From positions 1-46,390 of the forward strand of contig JADIMN010000040.1 of NCBI GenBank assembly GCA_017694735.1: a DNA stretch of 46,390 nucleotides, given 5' to 3'. How positions within the stretch are numbered: position 1 is the stretch's first letter; each line of letters opens with the position of its first letter. The notes below the pieces were generated by a model that did no database searches, had not been told where the DNA came from, and saw only the letters and a program-made list of their open reading frames with translations. The position numbers were made by a program, and so were the translations under genes. This DNA comes from Candidatus Alectryobacillus merdavium. Lineage in GTDB: Bacteria > Bacillota_I > Bacilli_A > RFN20 > CAG-826. This document shows positions 37,951 to 46,390 of the stretch, piece after piece.

Positions 37951-38727
37951 TTATGATGGGGAGGGGCTATATTTTTTTATAAGTCTCTCCAATTCTTCGC
38001 TCTTATTTGAGAAAACATATTTATTTCCATCATTCATTGCTGACTCAATCATTTTGTTATTATGCTCAATCACCACTATATCTTCTACAATCTCTGCACC
38101 ATTATTATGTTTGTAAAGTTGCTCAAAAACACCTTTATCAACAAAGTGAATAGCTAATGTTGGAGTAACTGGAAACCACCAGTTTAAATCATTGAATATT
38201 GATTTCCATACATAAAATCCTTTTATTGAAGAAATGAATGATGTATTTGTTTTGTTAAAAACTATAACTGGATAATGATTATCAAAGAAAGTGTCTACTA
38301 AAGTTGTTTGTTCAAGTAACTTAACAAACTCTGAAGGTGTAGGCTTGATCCCTAATTCTTTTGCAATAATTGTTTTTGCGACAGTTTTTTCAATCAAAGA
38401 TGGCTCTCTAACCATGAGCATAGCTAAGTATCTTTTTATATCTAATATTTCACTTGCAGTAAGAAGTTCAATTGTATTATTGCTTTCAAATTCTTTGATT
38501 CTTTTAACCACATTTCCAATTGGAGTCTCATATTTAGAACTTAGAAATAATTCAGTTTCCTTATTGAAATACCCATAAATAATCCCTATTTTACTTGGTC
38601 CTCTTTTTTCATCAATCTTCCATGTTGTTAAATCTAAAGCACAAGTGTTTCCGTCTTCTTCAGATTTTTTGAAGTTCTTAATAATTGTTCTAGAGTTTTG
38701 AACATGAGAATCAATTTTCTTTCCCAT
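37951..38727 (-). CDS. hypothetical protein, possibly DUF4238-like
   Basis: Start placed at ATG 38727 (AGGTGA RBS); N-terminal SHVQNSRTIIKNF loosely resembles the HYVPQFYLKNF motif of DUF4238; no TM. Confidence 0.35.
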   Translation of the reverse strand: MGKKIDSHVQNSRTIIKNFKKSEEDGNTCALDLTTWKIDEKRGPSKIGIIYGYFNKETELFLSSKYETPIGNVVKRIKEFESNNTIELLTASEILDIKRYLAMLMVREPSLIEKTVAKTIIAKELGIKPTPSEFVKLLEQTTLVDTFFDNHYPVIVFNKTNTSFISSIKGFYVWKSIFNDLNWWFPVTPTLAIHFVDKGVFEQLYKHNNGAEIVEDIVVIEHNNKMIESAMNDGNKYVFSNKSEELERLIKKYSPSPS

Positions 38728-38767
38728 AAATATCACCTAGTCTTTCTAGATGATTATACCATAAACA

Positions 38768-39064
38768 CTACCTTTTTACCATATTTCCATCAGCATCAAA
38801 TTCATATTCTTTCTTACCTTCAAACCTTCCATGCTCTTTGTTATGGCATTCATTACATAAAAGCATCAGGTTATCTTGGTTCAAAGAGATTTAAGGATTA
38901 TTCACATTGTCAGGAGTTAAATTAATTTTATAGTGAACTTCAATTCCAATTGCATCACATTTCTCACAAAGCTCTCCAACTGAAGCAATCTTTATGGCTC
39001 TAGCAATTTTCCATTTGTCACTTCGATAGAATCTTCTAATTGTTATATCTTGCTTGCTTTCCAT
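38768..39064 (-). pseudogene. phage-type HNH endonuclease with one in-frame TAA
   Basis: MESKQDITIRRFYRSDKWKIARAIKIASVGELCEKCDAIGIEVHYKINLTPDNVNNP(TAA)ISLNQDNLMLLCNECHNKEHGRFEG: CxxC...H...N...CxxCHxxxH layout; stop at 38891-38893. Confidence 0.7.
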
Positions 39065-39169
39065 ACTTTTCTCTCAAGTAAGCTCTAATGATATAAGCTT
39101 TGTTAGTTTTTTCCCATGGAAGACAAATGTCACTGATTATTCTAGTGCTTGGGAGCCCCCAATTTAGAG

Positions 39170-39217
39170 CTTGAGAGCCATACCTAAAAAATCTGTTAAT
39201 TTTATCCTTGAGAGCCA
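39170..39217. repeat. 11-bp direct repeat cttgagagcca x2 (39170-39180, 39207-39217), possible IS21 subterminal transposase-binding repeats
   Basis: read directly; located ~80-125 bp upstream of the istA-like start. Confidence 0.35.
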
Positions 39218-39295
39218 CTCGAAAATTTAATCCTCTAAAATATTAGTACTTGAATTTTATTTAACTTATTTCAAGCAGAAAAGGAGGATTTTTTT

Positions 39296-40520
39296 ATGTT
39301 TAAAAAAACAAAAGTTAAACAAATTTTATCTATGATATTTCTTAATGCTAGTAATTATTTGATTTCAGAAACATTAAGTGTATCAAGAAACGCTATTTCT
39401 TTAATAAGAGAAAAAATTGACAATTTTGACCTTAATAAAGATAATTTGGAAAATTACTCGGATAATCAACTTTATTCAATGTTTTTTCCGGATTGTTTTA
39501 TTAGAAAAGTTTTATATGAAAAAGTTGACTTTGAATATGTCCATAAAGAACTTAAAAAAGTAGGTGTAACTTTAAAATTATTATGGGAAGAATATGCGAA
39601 TTATCGTAAAAAAGAAGGCTTGAAATATTGTAGTTATCCTACTTTTGTTGTAAATTACGAGAAATATACTAGTATTCAAAAATACACTTCACGTCTAACA
39701 CATAAACCCAGAGAAGCAATTGAAGTTGATTGGTCTGGATCTACTATGAGCTTTATCGATAGAGATACTAATAAAAAGATTACAACATATTTATTTGTCG
39801 CATGTTTGCCTTATTCTCAAAAGATATATGTTGAAGCAACAACTTCAATGAAGCAAGAATCATGGATGAACTGTAATGTTAATATGTTAAATTATTTTGG
39901 TGGATCTCCTTTAACAATAGTTTGTGATAATTGCAAAACCCCAGTAATCTCTCATCCAAGATGTGGTGACATCGAACTTAATGAAGAATATTAAACATTT
40001 TGTGAGTATTATGGAATAGTTGTAAAACCAGCAAATGTTAGAAAGCCAAAAAAAGCTTCTGTTGAAGGAAATGTTGGAAAAATAGCTACAAAGATAATTG
40101 CAAAATTAAGAAATGAAACTTTTTATTCACTTAATTCTTTGAATAATGCAATTTAAAATGAATTAAATATTTTTAATAGCGCTCCATTTCAAAAAAGAAA
40201 TGGTTCAAGAAATTCTATTTTTGAGTTTGAAGAAAAGAGATATCTAAAACCTCTTCCAAGAGTGCCTTATGAAGTTAGTACATGGTATTATTCATTAAAA
40301 GTAATGTACAATTCACACATTTCATTTAGAAATAATTTTTATTCTGTACCTTATAAATATATTAATAAAAATGTAGATGCAAAAATATATAATTCAAACT
40401 TATATGTTTACTATAAAAAAGAATTAATTGCATCTCATCCTTTGATTTTAAGTAACGAAAAAAATAAATATATTACTAATAAAGGTCATCTTGATGAAAA
40501 AAAGAATTTAAAAAGTAGGG
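39296..40520 (+). pseudogene. IS21-family IstA transposase, two in-frame TAA codons and 3' truncation by IS3 insertion; no istB
   Basis: HTH N-terminus; DDE core (EVDWSG...LFVACLPYSQKIYVEA...GGSPLTIVCDNCKTPV); TAA at 39992 and 40154 in one continuous frame; the frame runs into the IS3 terminal repeat at 40521. Confidence 0.8.
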
Positions 40521-40555
40521 TGAACCCTTAAAGTTGGACTGAAGTAAAATTAATT

Positions 40556-41460
40556 TTATATTACATTATTTAGGGATTGATGTCTATATTTTATAGGCGT
40601 CAATCCTTTTAATTTTGTTATAATTCGTTGATTACTGTAATAACTTATATATTTATGCATAGCTTTTTCTAAATCATCAAGTGTTTCAAATTCATATTCA
40701 TGACCATAAAACATCTCATTCTTCATAGTTCCAAAGAATATTTCTATTACACAATTGTCGTAACAGTTACCTTTTCTAGACATACTTTGTCTTATACTTT
40801 TTTGGATAATTTATCTCTATATGGTTTCATTTGATACTGCCATGCTTGGTCAGAATGGAAAATTAAATTGTCTAAATTCTTATATTTTATAAAAGCTGTA
40901 TCTAGCATATCCATAACCTGCAAAAAGTTAGGAGAAGTAGAAATTGAATAAGATATTATTTCTCGATTATGTACATCAATTATTGGTGATAAATAAAGCT
41001 TACCTGCTGCGATATGAAATTCTGATATATCAGTACTCCAAATTTGATTTACAGCTGTTGTTTTAAAATTTCTTTCATAATATGTTTTATTATTTTTTTC
41101 ATCAACAATCTATTTAAGAAGTAGATTCTTACAAACTTTTCCAACTTCACCTTTATATGATTTATATTTGGCTTTTGGACGTACACCAAAAAGCCCTAAT
41201 ATTTTCATTAATCTTTTTACTCTCTTATGATTGATGTAATGACCTCTATTTTTAAGTTCTAAAGTTATCCTTCTATAGCCGTATCTTGCTTTATTTTCGT
41301 TAAAAATTGTTGTAATTAAGTCTTTAACTTGTTTATCGGGATCAACTCTATCTAGTGTTTTAATAGTGTAAAAATAAGTTGATTTAGCTATTTTAAAGAA
41401 TCTTAACATCTTGTTTAATGGATATTTATGCCTTGATTCATAGACAACAATTATTTTTTC
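40556..41460 (-). pseudogene. IS3 OrfB (DDE transposase) with in-frame TAG and one frameshift
   Basis: TAG at 41110-41112; frame change in the homopolymer at 40798-40803; motifs NQIWSTDISEF, HSDQAWQY, SRKGNCYDNCVIE. Confidence 0.8.
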
Positions 41461-41987
41461 TCGTTTTGTTGCCCGTTCCTTTGTTGAACCAAGGCTCTCA
41501 ATTTTTTTAATAGATAATTCTCCATTTCTAACTGAGTATTTCGTTCCTCGAGTTCTTTAATTATTTTATCTTTATCATCTAATTTATTAGAGTTATTAAC
41601 TATTTTTTGTTGTATATTTTTATCTTTCATTTTTCTTGGCCTTCCTTGTTTTGTAGTAAGACCATTATATCCTAATTCCTGATATTTTTTAACCCAAGCA
41701 TGAATCATTCCTACGTTTACGCAAAGTTCAGATGCAATACTGTTTTTTGAATCACCATTTAAAACCCTATTAACTATTTCCATTTTAAATTCTGGTGAAT
41801 ATTTCATATTTTTTCCTTTAGCTTTAAATGACTCAATCCCATGCTCTCTATATTGACGTTCTATCCCTCTGATAACTGATTCGCAAACTTTAAATTTTTT
41901 ACTAATTGATGATATTAAATCACCACCTTCATACATTGTAATTATTTTTAGTTTATCTTCTAACTTTAATTTCATAAAAACCCCCAT
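41451..41987 (-). CDS. IS3 OrfA (HTH plus leucine zipper)
   Basis: 178 aa; two HTH-like segments and a C-terminal heptad region LEERNTQLEMENYLLKKLRAL. Confidence 0.8.
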   Translation of the reverse strand: MGVFMKLKLEDKLKIITMYEGGDLISSISKKFKVCESVIRGIERQYREHGIESFKAKGKNMKYSPEFKMEIVNRVLNGDSKNSIASELCVNVGMIHAWVKKYQELGYNGLTTKQGRPRKMKDKNIQQKIVNNSNKLDDKDKIIKELEERNTQLEMENYLLKKLRALVQQRNGQQNEKK

Positions 41988-42164
41988 AAGTCTTTCTAGT
42001 ATTTTCTACTAGTCCAACTTATGGGGTTCACTATAATTTTGAATGTTTTTATTTATAGCATTGAAAATTAAAATAATTTAAATATTGAAATTATCATCAA
42101 AAGATAAAATTATTTATTTATAATAAAATAAATAGTTAAAGCCATCTAAGTTAATAATTATAAT

Positions 42165-42590
42165 TTAGTTATTATAGAATAAAACATCATAGTAAAGTGT
42201 ATTAAAGGCATAAATACTATCATATTTTTGATAATCATATACTTGATTGCCTTCTTCATCAATATATATTTCTACATAAAATCCATCATTTACATCATCT
42301 ATATTTAAATTTAATGTTTCATAATTTAGTTCTACATATTCTTCCAAAAAGACTCTAGCAGATGAGTAATCAAAATAACATTCATATCCTAAAGAAATAG
42401 ATATTACTTTAGTTTTGTCTTTTAAGTAAATCAAGTCAAAATTATTAAGACTTGTTGTATTTTCTTGTTCGTCACTAGAAGTTATTTTATTCTCACTACT
42501 ATTACTTGTTAGTGGTAACGATTGATAATCAGAACAAGAAGTTAAAGATATAACAGATATAAATAAATATAAAAATAAACTTTTTTTCAT
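42165..42590 (-). CDS. small lipoprotein
   Basis: Start placed at ATG 42590: MKKSLFLYLFISVISLTSC-S lipobox. Confidence 0.65.
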   Translation of the reverse strand: MKKSLFLYLFISVISLTSCSDYQSLPLTSNSSENKITSSDEQENTTSLNNFDLIYLKDKTKVISISLGYECYFDYSSARVFLEEYVELNYETLNLNIDDVNDGFYVEIYIDEEGNQVYDYQKYDSIYAFNTLYYDVLFYNN

Positions 42591-42600
42591 ACTATAATAC

Positions 42601-43011
42601 CTACCCTCTATAATCAAAGAAATACATTCTTGTATCTTCATTAATTGGAGAACCATCATATGCTACTAATGGATAAATACTTAAATAAACAAAAACTTCA
42701 GTTGAAGAAGGAGTTAATAACAAATCAGCACCAAAAATTACAAAAAATCTTGGACTTATGCAACTTCCTTTTTCTATTTTAAGTTCTCCTCTAAATTCAG
42801 TTCTAATACTAGATGCTTTCTCATCATTAACTGATAATCCGTATACTTCATATATATCTATTAATACTGTATCTTGGATATTTTCACTTAAAGATAATTT
42901 TTCACCATTACTAGTTGTATCAGTGTTTGTACTATCTAAAGGTAATTTTTCATTTAATGTACAACTACTTAAAAACAGCGAACATAATAATAAGATAATA
43001 TTAAATTTCAT
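42601..43011 (-). CDS. small lipoprotein
   Basis: MKFNIILLLCSLFLSSC-T lipobox; GGAG RBS. Confidence 0.65.
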   Translation of the reverse strand: MKFNIILLLCSLFLSSCTLNEKLPLDSTNTDTTSNGEKLSLSENIQDTVLIDIYEVYGLSVNDEKASSIRTEFRGELKIEKGSCISPRFFVIFGADLLLTPSSTEVFVYLSIYPLVAYDGSPINEDTRMYFFDYRG

Positions 43012-43241
43012 AAATTAACTCCTTATAATAAAAAATAACTTATAAAATACATAATAAATAAAAAAGTAAAAATTTATAAAAAATTTAACCTATTTATTAC
43101 ATTTCTAATTTTAACATCTTTTTTTATAAAAAAAATTCGAAACTTTACTTTAATTAAATTATTTAAAAAACTTACTTAAAGTTTTTCTAATTTTTTATTA
43201 AAAATAGTAAAAACGATAAATTATATGAAAATTTTTAAAAG

Positions 43242-43266
43242 AAAAAACCACATTCAATGTGGTTTT
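43242..43266 (-). terminator. rho-independent terminator after rplQ (aaaaccaca-ttcaa-tgtggtttt)
   Basis: 9-bp stem with flanking A/T runs. Confidence 0.75.
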
Positions 43267-43290
43267 ATCTTATTTAATTATTAATTTAAC

Positions 43291-43689
43291 TTATTTAGAC
43301 CAAGTAACAAGTCTTACTTCAGCGCCATCTCCTTTTCTTGGAGCAAGTTTTAAGACTCTTACATATCCACCGTTAACACCATCAAATCTTTTAACTAAAT
43401 CATTGAATAATTTATCAACAGCACTAGTTTTTTCATCAACCATCTTATTTCTTAATAATGAGATAGCTTGTCTTCTAGCATGTAAGTCGCCTCTTTTTGC
43501 TAAAGTAATAAGGTGACTTGCTTTTTTAACTAAATCTTTAACAACACTTGTTGTAACACTAACTTTTTCGTATACAACTAAATCTGTTAAAACATTTCTT
43601 AATAAATTTTTATGTTTACTGGAGGTAAAGCCAGTTTTAAATCTAACTCCACCTTTACCATGTACATTTTTTCTTCCAATTGTAGCCAT
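43291..43689 (-). CDS. rplQ: 50S ribosomal protein L17
   Basis: position after rpoA; conserved L17 core (HARRQA..., GGYVRVLKL). Confidence 0.9.
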   Translation of the reverse strand: MATIGRKNVHGKGGVRFKTGFTSSKHKNLLRNVLTDLVVYEKVSVTTSVVKDLVKKASHLITLAKRGDLHARRQAISLLRNKMVDEKTSAVDKLFNDLVKRFDGVNGGYVRVLKLAPRKGDGAEVRLVTWSK

Positions 43690-43704
43690 ATTTCCCTCCT
43701 ATCA

Positions 43705-44682
43705 TTATGCCTTTTTAAAAGACAATCCGATTGCAGCAAGTTTATCTTCAATTTCTTTAAAGGATTTCTTTCCTAAATGTTTTAATTTTAAGATTTCTTC
43801 TTCACTGACTTGAGTTAATTCTTGTACAGTTTGGAAGCCTTCTCTTTTTAAACAATTATATGATCTAAGACTTAAATCAAGATCTTCAATTGTCATATTA
43901 ACAAATTCACTGACGCTCTTTACTTCTTCTTCTTTAAATGCATCAATTTTTTCTTCAGCAACCTTTTCGAGTTCTAATACCTTTTCAAAATGAGCAATTA
44001 AAATTTGACTAGCAGAAGTAATTGCATCAACAGCGCTAATAGATCCATCAGTTGTAACTTCTAGTTTTAATGAATCGAATCTAGAATCTTGATCAACTCT
44101 AGTTGGTTCAACTTCATAATTAACTTTAACAACTGGTGAGTAATTTGAGTCTGTTGCAATTAATCCAGCTTGTTTAGAATTTGTTTCATCTAAATTTTTC
44201 TTATTTTCTTCATTTGTTAAATAGCCACGACCATTTTTAGCAAATAAAGTCATTTTTAAGTGACCATTTTCTTCTAAATGAGCAATTTCAAGTTCTGGAT
44301 TAATAACTTCTACATCAAATGGAAGTTGTAAATCTCCAGCATGAACAGTGCATGGTCCAAAAGCTTCTAATTCTAACTTTTTGGTTTCTTCATTATTTCC
44401 ATCTATTTTTAAGATAAGTTGTTTCAAGTTTAAAATAATTCTTGTAACATCTTCATCTACTCCATCAATAGCAGAAAATTCATGTAAAACACCATCAATA
44501 TGAATAGCATATACACTAGCTCCTGGAATAGCACTTAATAAAACTCTTCTTAAAGCATTACCAAGGGTTAATCCAAAACCTTTTTCAAGAGGTTCTAAAA
44601 TATATTCTCCATATACTTTATTTTCAGATTGTTTAACAATTTTAAAACTTGGTTTTTCAAATGGTTGTATAATTTTGTCCAT
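43705..44682 (-). CDS. rpoA: DNA-directed RNA polymerase alpha subunit
   Basis: 325 aa; GNALRRVLLSAIPG motif and C-terminal domain LSLRSYNCLKREG. Confidence 0.95.
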   Translation of the reverse strand: MDKIIQPFEKPSFKIVKQSENKVYGEYILEPLEKGFGLTLGNALRRVLLSAIPGASVYAIHIDGVLHEFSAIDGVDEDVTRIILNLKQLILKIDGNNEETKKLELEAFGPCTVHAGDLQLPFDVEVINPELEIAHLEENGHLKMTLFAKNGRGYLTNEENKKNLDETNSKQAGLIATDSNYSPVVKVNYEVEPTRVDQDSRFDSLKLEVTTDGSISAVDAITSASQILIAHFEKVLELEKVAEEKIDAFKEEEVKSVSEFVNMTIEDLDLSLRSYNCLKREGFQTVQELTQVSEEEILKLKHLGKKSFKEIEDKLAAIGLSFKKA

Positions 44683-44738
44683 ATATTTCCTCCGATAATG
44701 TTTGATTTAATAAATATTAAAATTTAAATCAAAATAAA

Positions 44739-45128
44739 TTAACCACGTGGTCTTTTTGGTGGACGGCATCCATTATGTGGAATTGGAGTTACATCTGTAA
44801 TAGAAGTAACTTTAAGTCCAGCTACTTCAAGACTTCTAATTGCGGTATCTCTACCACTGCCAGTACCCTTTACAAATACATCAACGCTTCTAAGACCTTG
44901 ATCAAATGCGGCTTTTCCAGCTGCTTCTGCAGCATTTTGAGCAGCAAATGGTGTTCCTTTTCTTGCGCCTTTGTATCCAATTGCTCCAGCACTAGACCAA
45001 GCAATTGCATTACCTTTTTCATCAGTAATTGTAACGATTGTATTATTAAAGGTAGCATGAATATGTGCAAGACCTTTACTAAAAGTTCTTTTTACTTTTT
45101 TCTTTTTTGCAATTGATTTTACAGCCAT
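44739..45128 (-). CDS. rpsK: 30S ribosomal protein S11
   Basis: [18 protein letters not shown]..., C-terminal [12 protein letters not shown]-like tail. Confidence 0.95.
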   Translation of the reverse strand: MAVKSIAKKKKVKRTFSKGLAHIHATFNNTIVTITDEKGNAIAWSSAGAIGYKGARKGTPFAAQNAAEAAGKAAFDQGLRSVDVFVKGTGSGRDTAIRSLEVAGLKVTSITDVTPIPHNGCRPPKRPRG

Positions 45129-45144
45129 ATTATTTCTCCTTTAA

Positions 45145-45519
45145 TTATTTAACAGCTTGCTTTTTATTAGCAATTGTCTTTCTCTTACCTTTTCTAGTTC
45201 TAGCATTAGTTTTAGTTCTTTGACCTCTGACAGGAAGACCTTTTTTATGTCTAATGCCTCTATAACATCCGATTTCAGTTAATCTTTTAATATTAAGAGC
45301 AACTTCTTTTTTAAGTTCACCTTCAACTTTATATTTTGAAATTTCACTTCTAATTAAAGATAATTGTTCTTCGCTTAAATCTTTAACTCTAATAGTTGGA
45401 TCAATTCCAACAGCACTTAAAATTTTCTTACTAGTTGAAATTCCAATACCATAAATATAAGTAAGTGAATAAGCAACTTGCTTATCATTTGGAATATCAA
45501 CACCAACAATTCTTGCCAT
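45145..45519 (-). CDS. rpsM: 30S ribosomal protein S13
   Basis: [10 protein letters not shown]... [26 protein letters not shown]. Confidence 0.95.
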   Translation of the reverse strand: MARIVGVDIPNDKQVAYSLTYIYGIGISTSKKILSAVGIDPTIRVKDLSEEQLSLIRSEISKYKVEGELKKEVALNIKRLTEIGCYRGIRHKKGLPVRGQRTKTNARTRKGKRKTIANKKQAVK

Positions 45520-45537
45520 ACTTTTTTAATCTCCTTA

Positions 45538-45651
45538 TTAACCTTGTCTTTGCTTATGTTTAGGATTAGAACAAATTACCATGACTTTACCATGTCTTCT
45601 AATAACTTTACATTTATCGCAAATTGGTTTAACACTTGGTCTTACTTTCAT
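45538..45651 (-). CDS. rpmJ: 50S ribosomal protein L36 (not in the ORF track)
   Basis: hand translation [37 protein letters not shown], 37 aa; GGAGAAG RBS. Confidence 0.93.
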   Translation of the reverse strand: MKVRPSVKPICDKCKVIRRHGKVMVICSNPKHKQRQG

Positions 45652-45670
45652 AAAATAATTCTTCTCCTTT

Positions 45671-45889
45671 TTATCGATAACGATAAGTAATTCGGCCCTG
45701 TTTTAAATCGTATGGACTGATTTCAACACTAACTCTATCACCTGGAAAAATGCGAATATTATTTAGACGGATTTTACCAGAAACAGTGGCCAAGATAGTG
45801 GCGCCATTTTCTAATTCAACTTTAAACTTTGCATTAGCTAAACTTTCTTTGACAACAGCCATACAAGTAATAACGTCTTCTTTAGCCAT
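45671..45889 (-). CDS. infA: translation initiation factor IF-1
   Basis: MAKEDVI...[16 protein letters not shown]; start at ATG 45889 (GGAGG RBS) rather than the TTG one codon upstream. Confidence 0.93.
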   Translation of the reverse strand: MAKEDVITCMAVVKESLANAKFKVELENGATILATVSGKIRLNNIRIFPGDRVSVEISPYDLKQGRITYRYR

Positions 45890-46390
45890 CAAGCTCCTCC
45901 TTAGATATTGTTAAAATTTCTACCCCATCTTTTGTTATTGCAATTGTATTTTCATAGTGAGCAGTTAATCCTTTATCAACAGTTTTTGCTCCCCAACCAT
46001 CTTTAATTACATACAATTTAGCACTTTTTTGACATACCATTGGTTCAATCGCTAATGTCATGCCTTCTTTTAAGATTAATCCAGTTCCTTTAATTCCATA
46101 ATTTGGAACATAAGGATCTTCATGAAGTTGTTGACCAACCCCATGACCAGTATACTCTTTTACAACACTGTAACCATTTGATTCAATTACTTCTTGGATT
46201 CTTGCTCCAATATCTCCTAAATGAACTCCTGGTTTGATAAGCTTAATGCCTTCAAAGAAACTAAGCTTTGTGACTTCAGCAAGTTTTTTTGCCTCATCAC
46301 TAACTTCTCCAACGAAGTAAGTTCTAGCTGCATCTGCAACATATCCATGAAGAGTAACACCGGCATCTACCTTTAATAAGTCACCATTTT
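45882..46390 (-). CDS. map: methionine aminopeptidase, C-terminal part (5' end outside the window)
   Basis: hand translation ...[23 protein letters not shown]...[20 protein letters not shown]...; stop TAA at 45882-45884 overlaps the infA start. Confidence 0.85.
   Translation of the reverse strand, partial: NGDLLKVDAGVTLHGYVADAARTYFVGEVSDEAKKLAEVTKLSFFEGIKLIKPGVHLGDIGARIQEVIESNGYSVVKEYTGHGVGQQLHEDPYVPNYGIKGTGLILKEGMTLAIEPMVCQKSAKLYVIKDGWGAKTVDKGLTAHYENTIAITKDGVEILTISKEELDG

Larger units (their letters stand above)
40521..42030 (-). mobile_element. IS3-family insertion sequence (1510 bp), orfB inactivated
   Basis: Terminal inverted repeats TGAACCCTTAAAGTTGGACT... / TGAACCCCATAAGTTGGACT...; orfA followed by orfB in the -1 frame with an A6 run at the orfA end. 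Confidence 0.85.

Noticed and set aside
37916-38925. Plus-strand ORFs 37916-38116, 38291-38578 and 38698-38925
   Set aside because: They are antisense to the DUF4238-like gene and to the HNH pseudogene.
39036-39218. Minus-strand 60-aa ORF
   Set aside because: It overlaps the HNH pseudogene start and the repeat-containing putative IS21 left end. It has no RBS and no recognisable motif.
42758-45690. ORFs 42758-43018, 43259-43516, 44775-45116, 44870-45070 and 45478-45690
   Set aside because: They are antisense or alternative frames of the lipoprotein, rplQ, rpsK, rpsM and rpmJ genes.
1-46390. CRISPR arrays, rRNA genes, integrases or att-like tRNA-flanking repeats
   Set aside because: I saw no regularly spaced short repeats, no rRNA-like sequence and no tyrosine or serine recombinase. 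The only tRNA (2129-2202) is far from the island and shows no duplicated 3' end.
1-46390. The host might use genetic code 4 (TGA = Trp), as in many Mollicutes
   Set aside because: Every Trp codon I checked in conserved genes (trxA WCGPC, pullulanase GWDAWLW, rplQ) is TGG. ORFs of up to 4 kb are uninterrupted under the standard code, which is not expected for a code-4 genome this AT-rich.

Overview
The window is a very AT-rich chromosomal segment that looks like Mollicutes or low-GC Bacillota. It uses the standard genetic code: every Trp codon I checked is TGG, and housekeeping genes end in TAA. Almost all coding is on the minus strand.

Layout:
- 1-5.9 kb: housekeeping genes (CPBP protease, TraX, trxA, tRNA-Gly(UCC), proline-iminopeptidase-type hydrolase), then an ECF sigma / anti-sigma / lipoprotein module.
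- 6.0-22.1 kb: a maltodextrin/pullulan utilisation locus. It holds malQ, an extracellular GH13 lipoprotein, a MalG-like permease, a 1354-aa MalF-like permease with a huge insert, a binding lipoprotein, an intracellular GH13 neopullulanase-like enzyme, a pullulanase lipoprotein, an MsmK-like ATPase and a PucR-type regulator.
- 22.2-42.0 kb: an accessory island. It carries decayed IS elements (two IS3-family copies, one IS21 fragment, a solo IS3 end and a small IS3 orfB scrap) and an HNH pseudogene.
- 42.1-46.4 kb: two small lipoproteins and the end of the ribosomal cluster (map-infA-rpmJ-rpsM-rpsK-rpoA-rplQ).

The island contains the unusual content:
- A tightly coupled operon encoding a radical-SAM/SPASM enzyme, a secreted streptopain-like cysteine protease, a degenerate sigma-like protein and a Cys-rich membrane protein. 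No precursor peptide is visible.
- An A_AAA_AAA site that links the sigma-like frame to the membrane-protein frame by a -1 shift.
- A 729-aa RloC/PrrC-like ATPase with a CxxC hook.
- A second, larger streptopain-like protease paired with an Ig-like lipoprotein.
- A 998-aa protein fusing a metallophosphoesterase, a P-loop NTPase and a helical region, with STAND/Avs-like architecture.
- A possible DUF4238-like protein.

All family assignments come from motifs read by eye. No database search was run.
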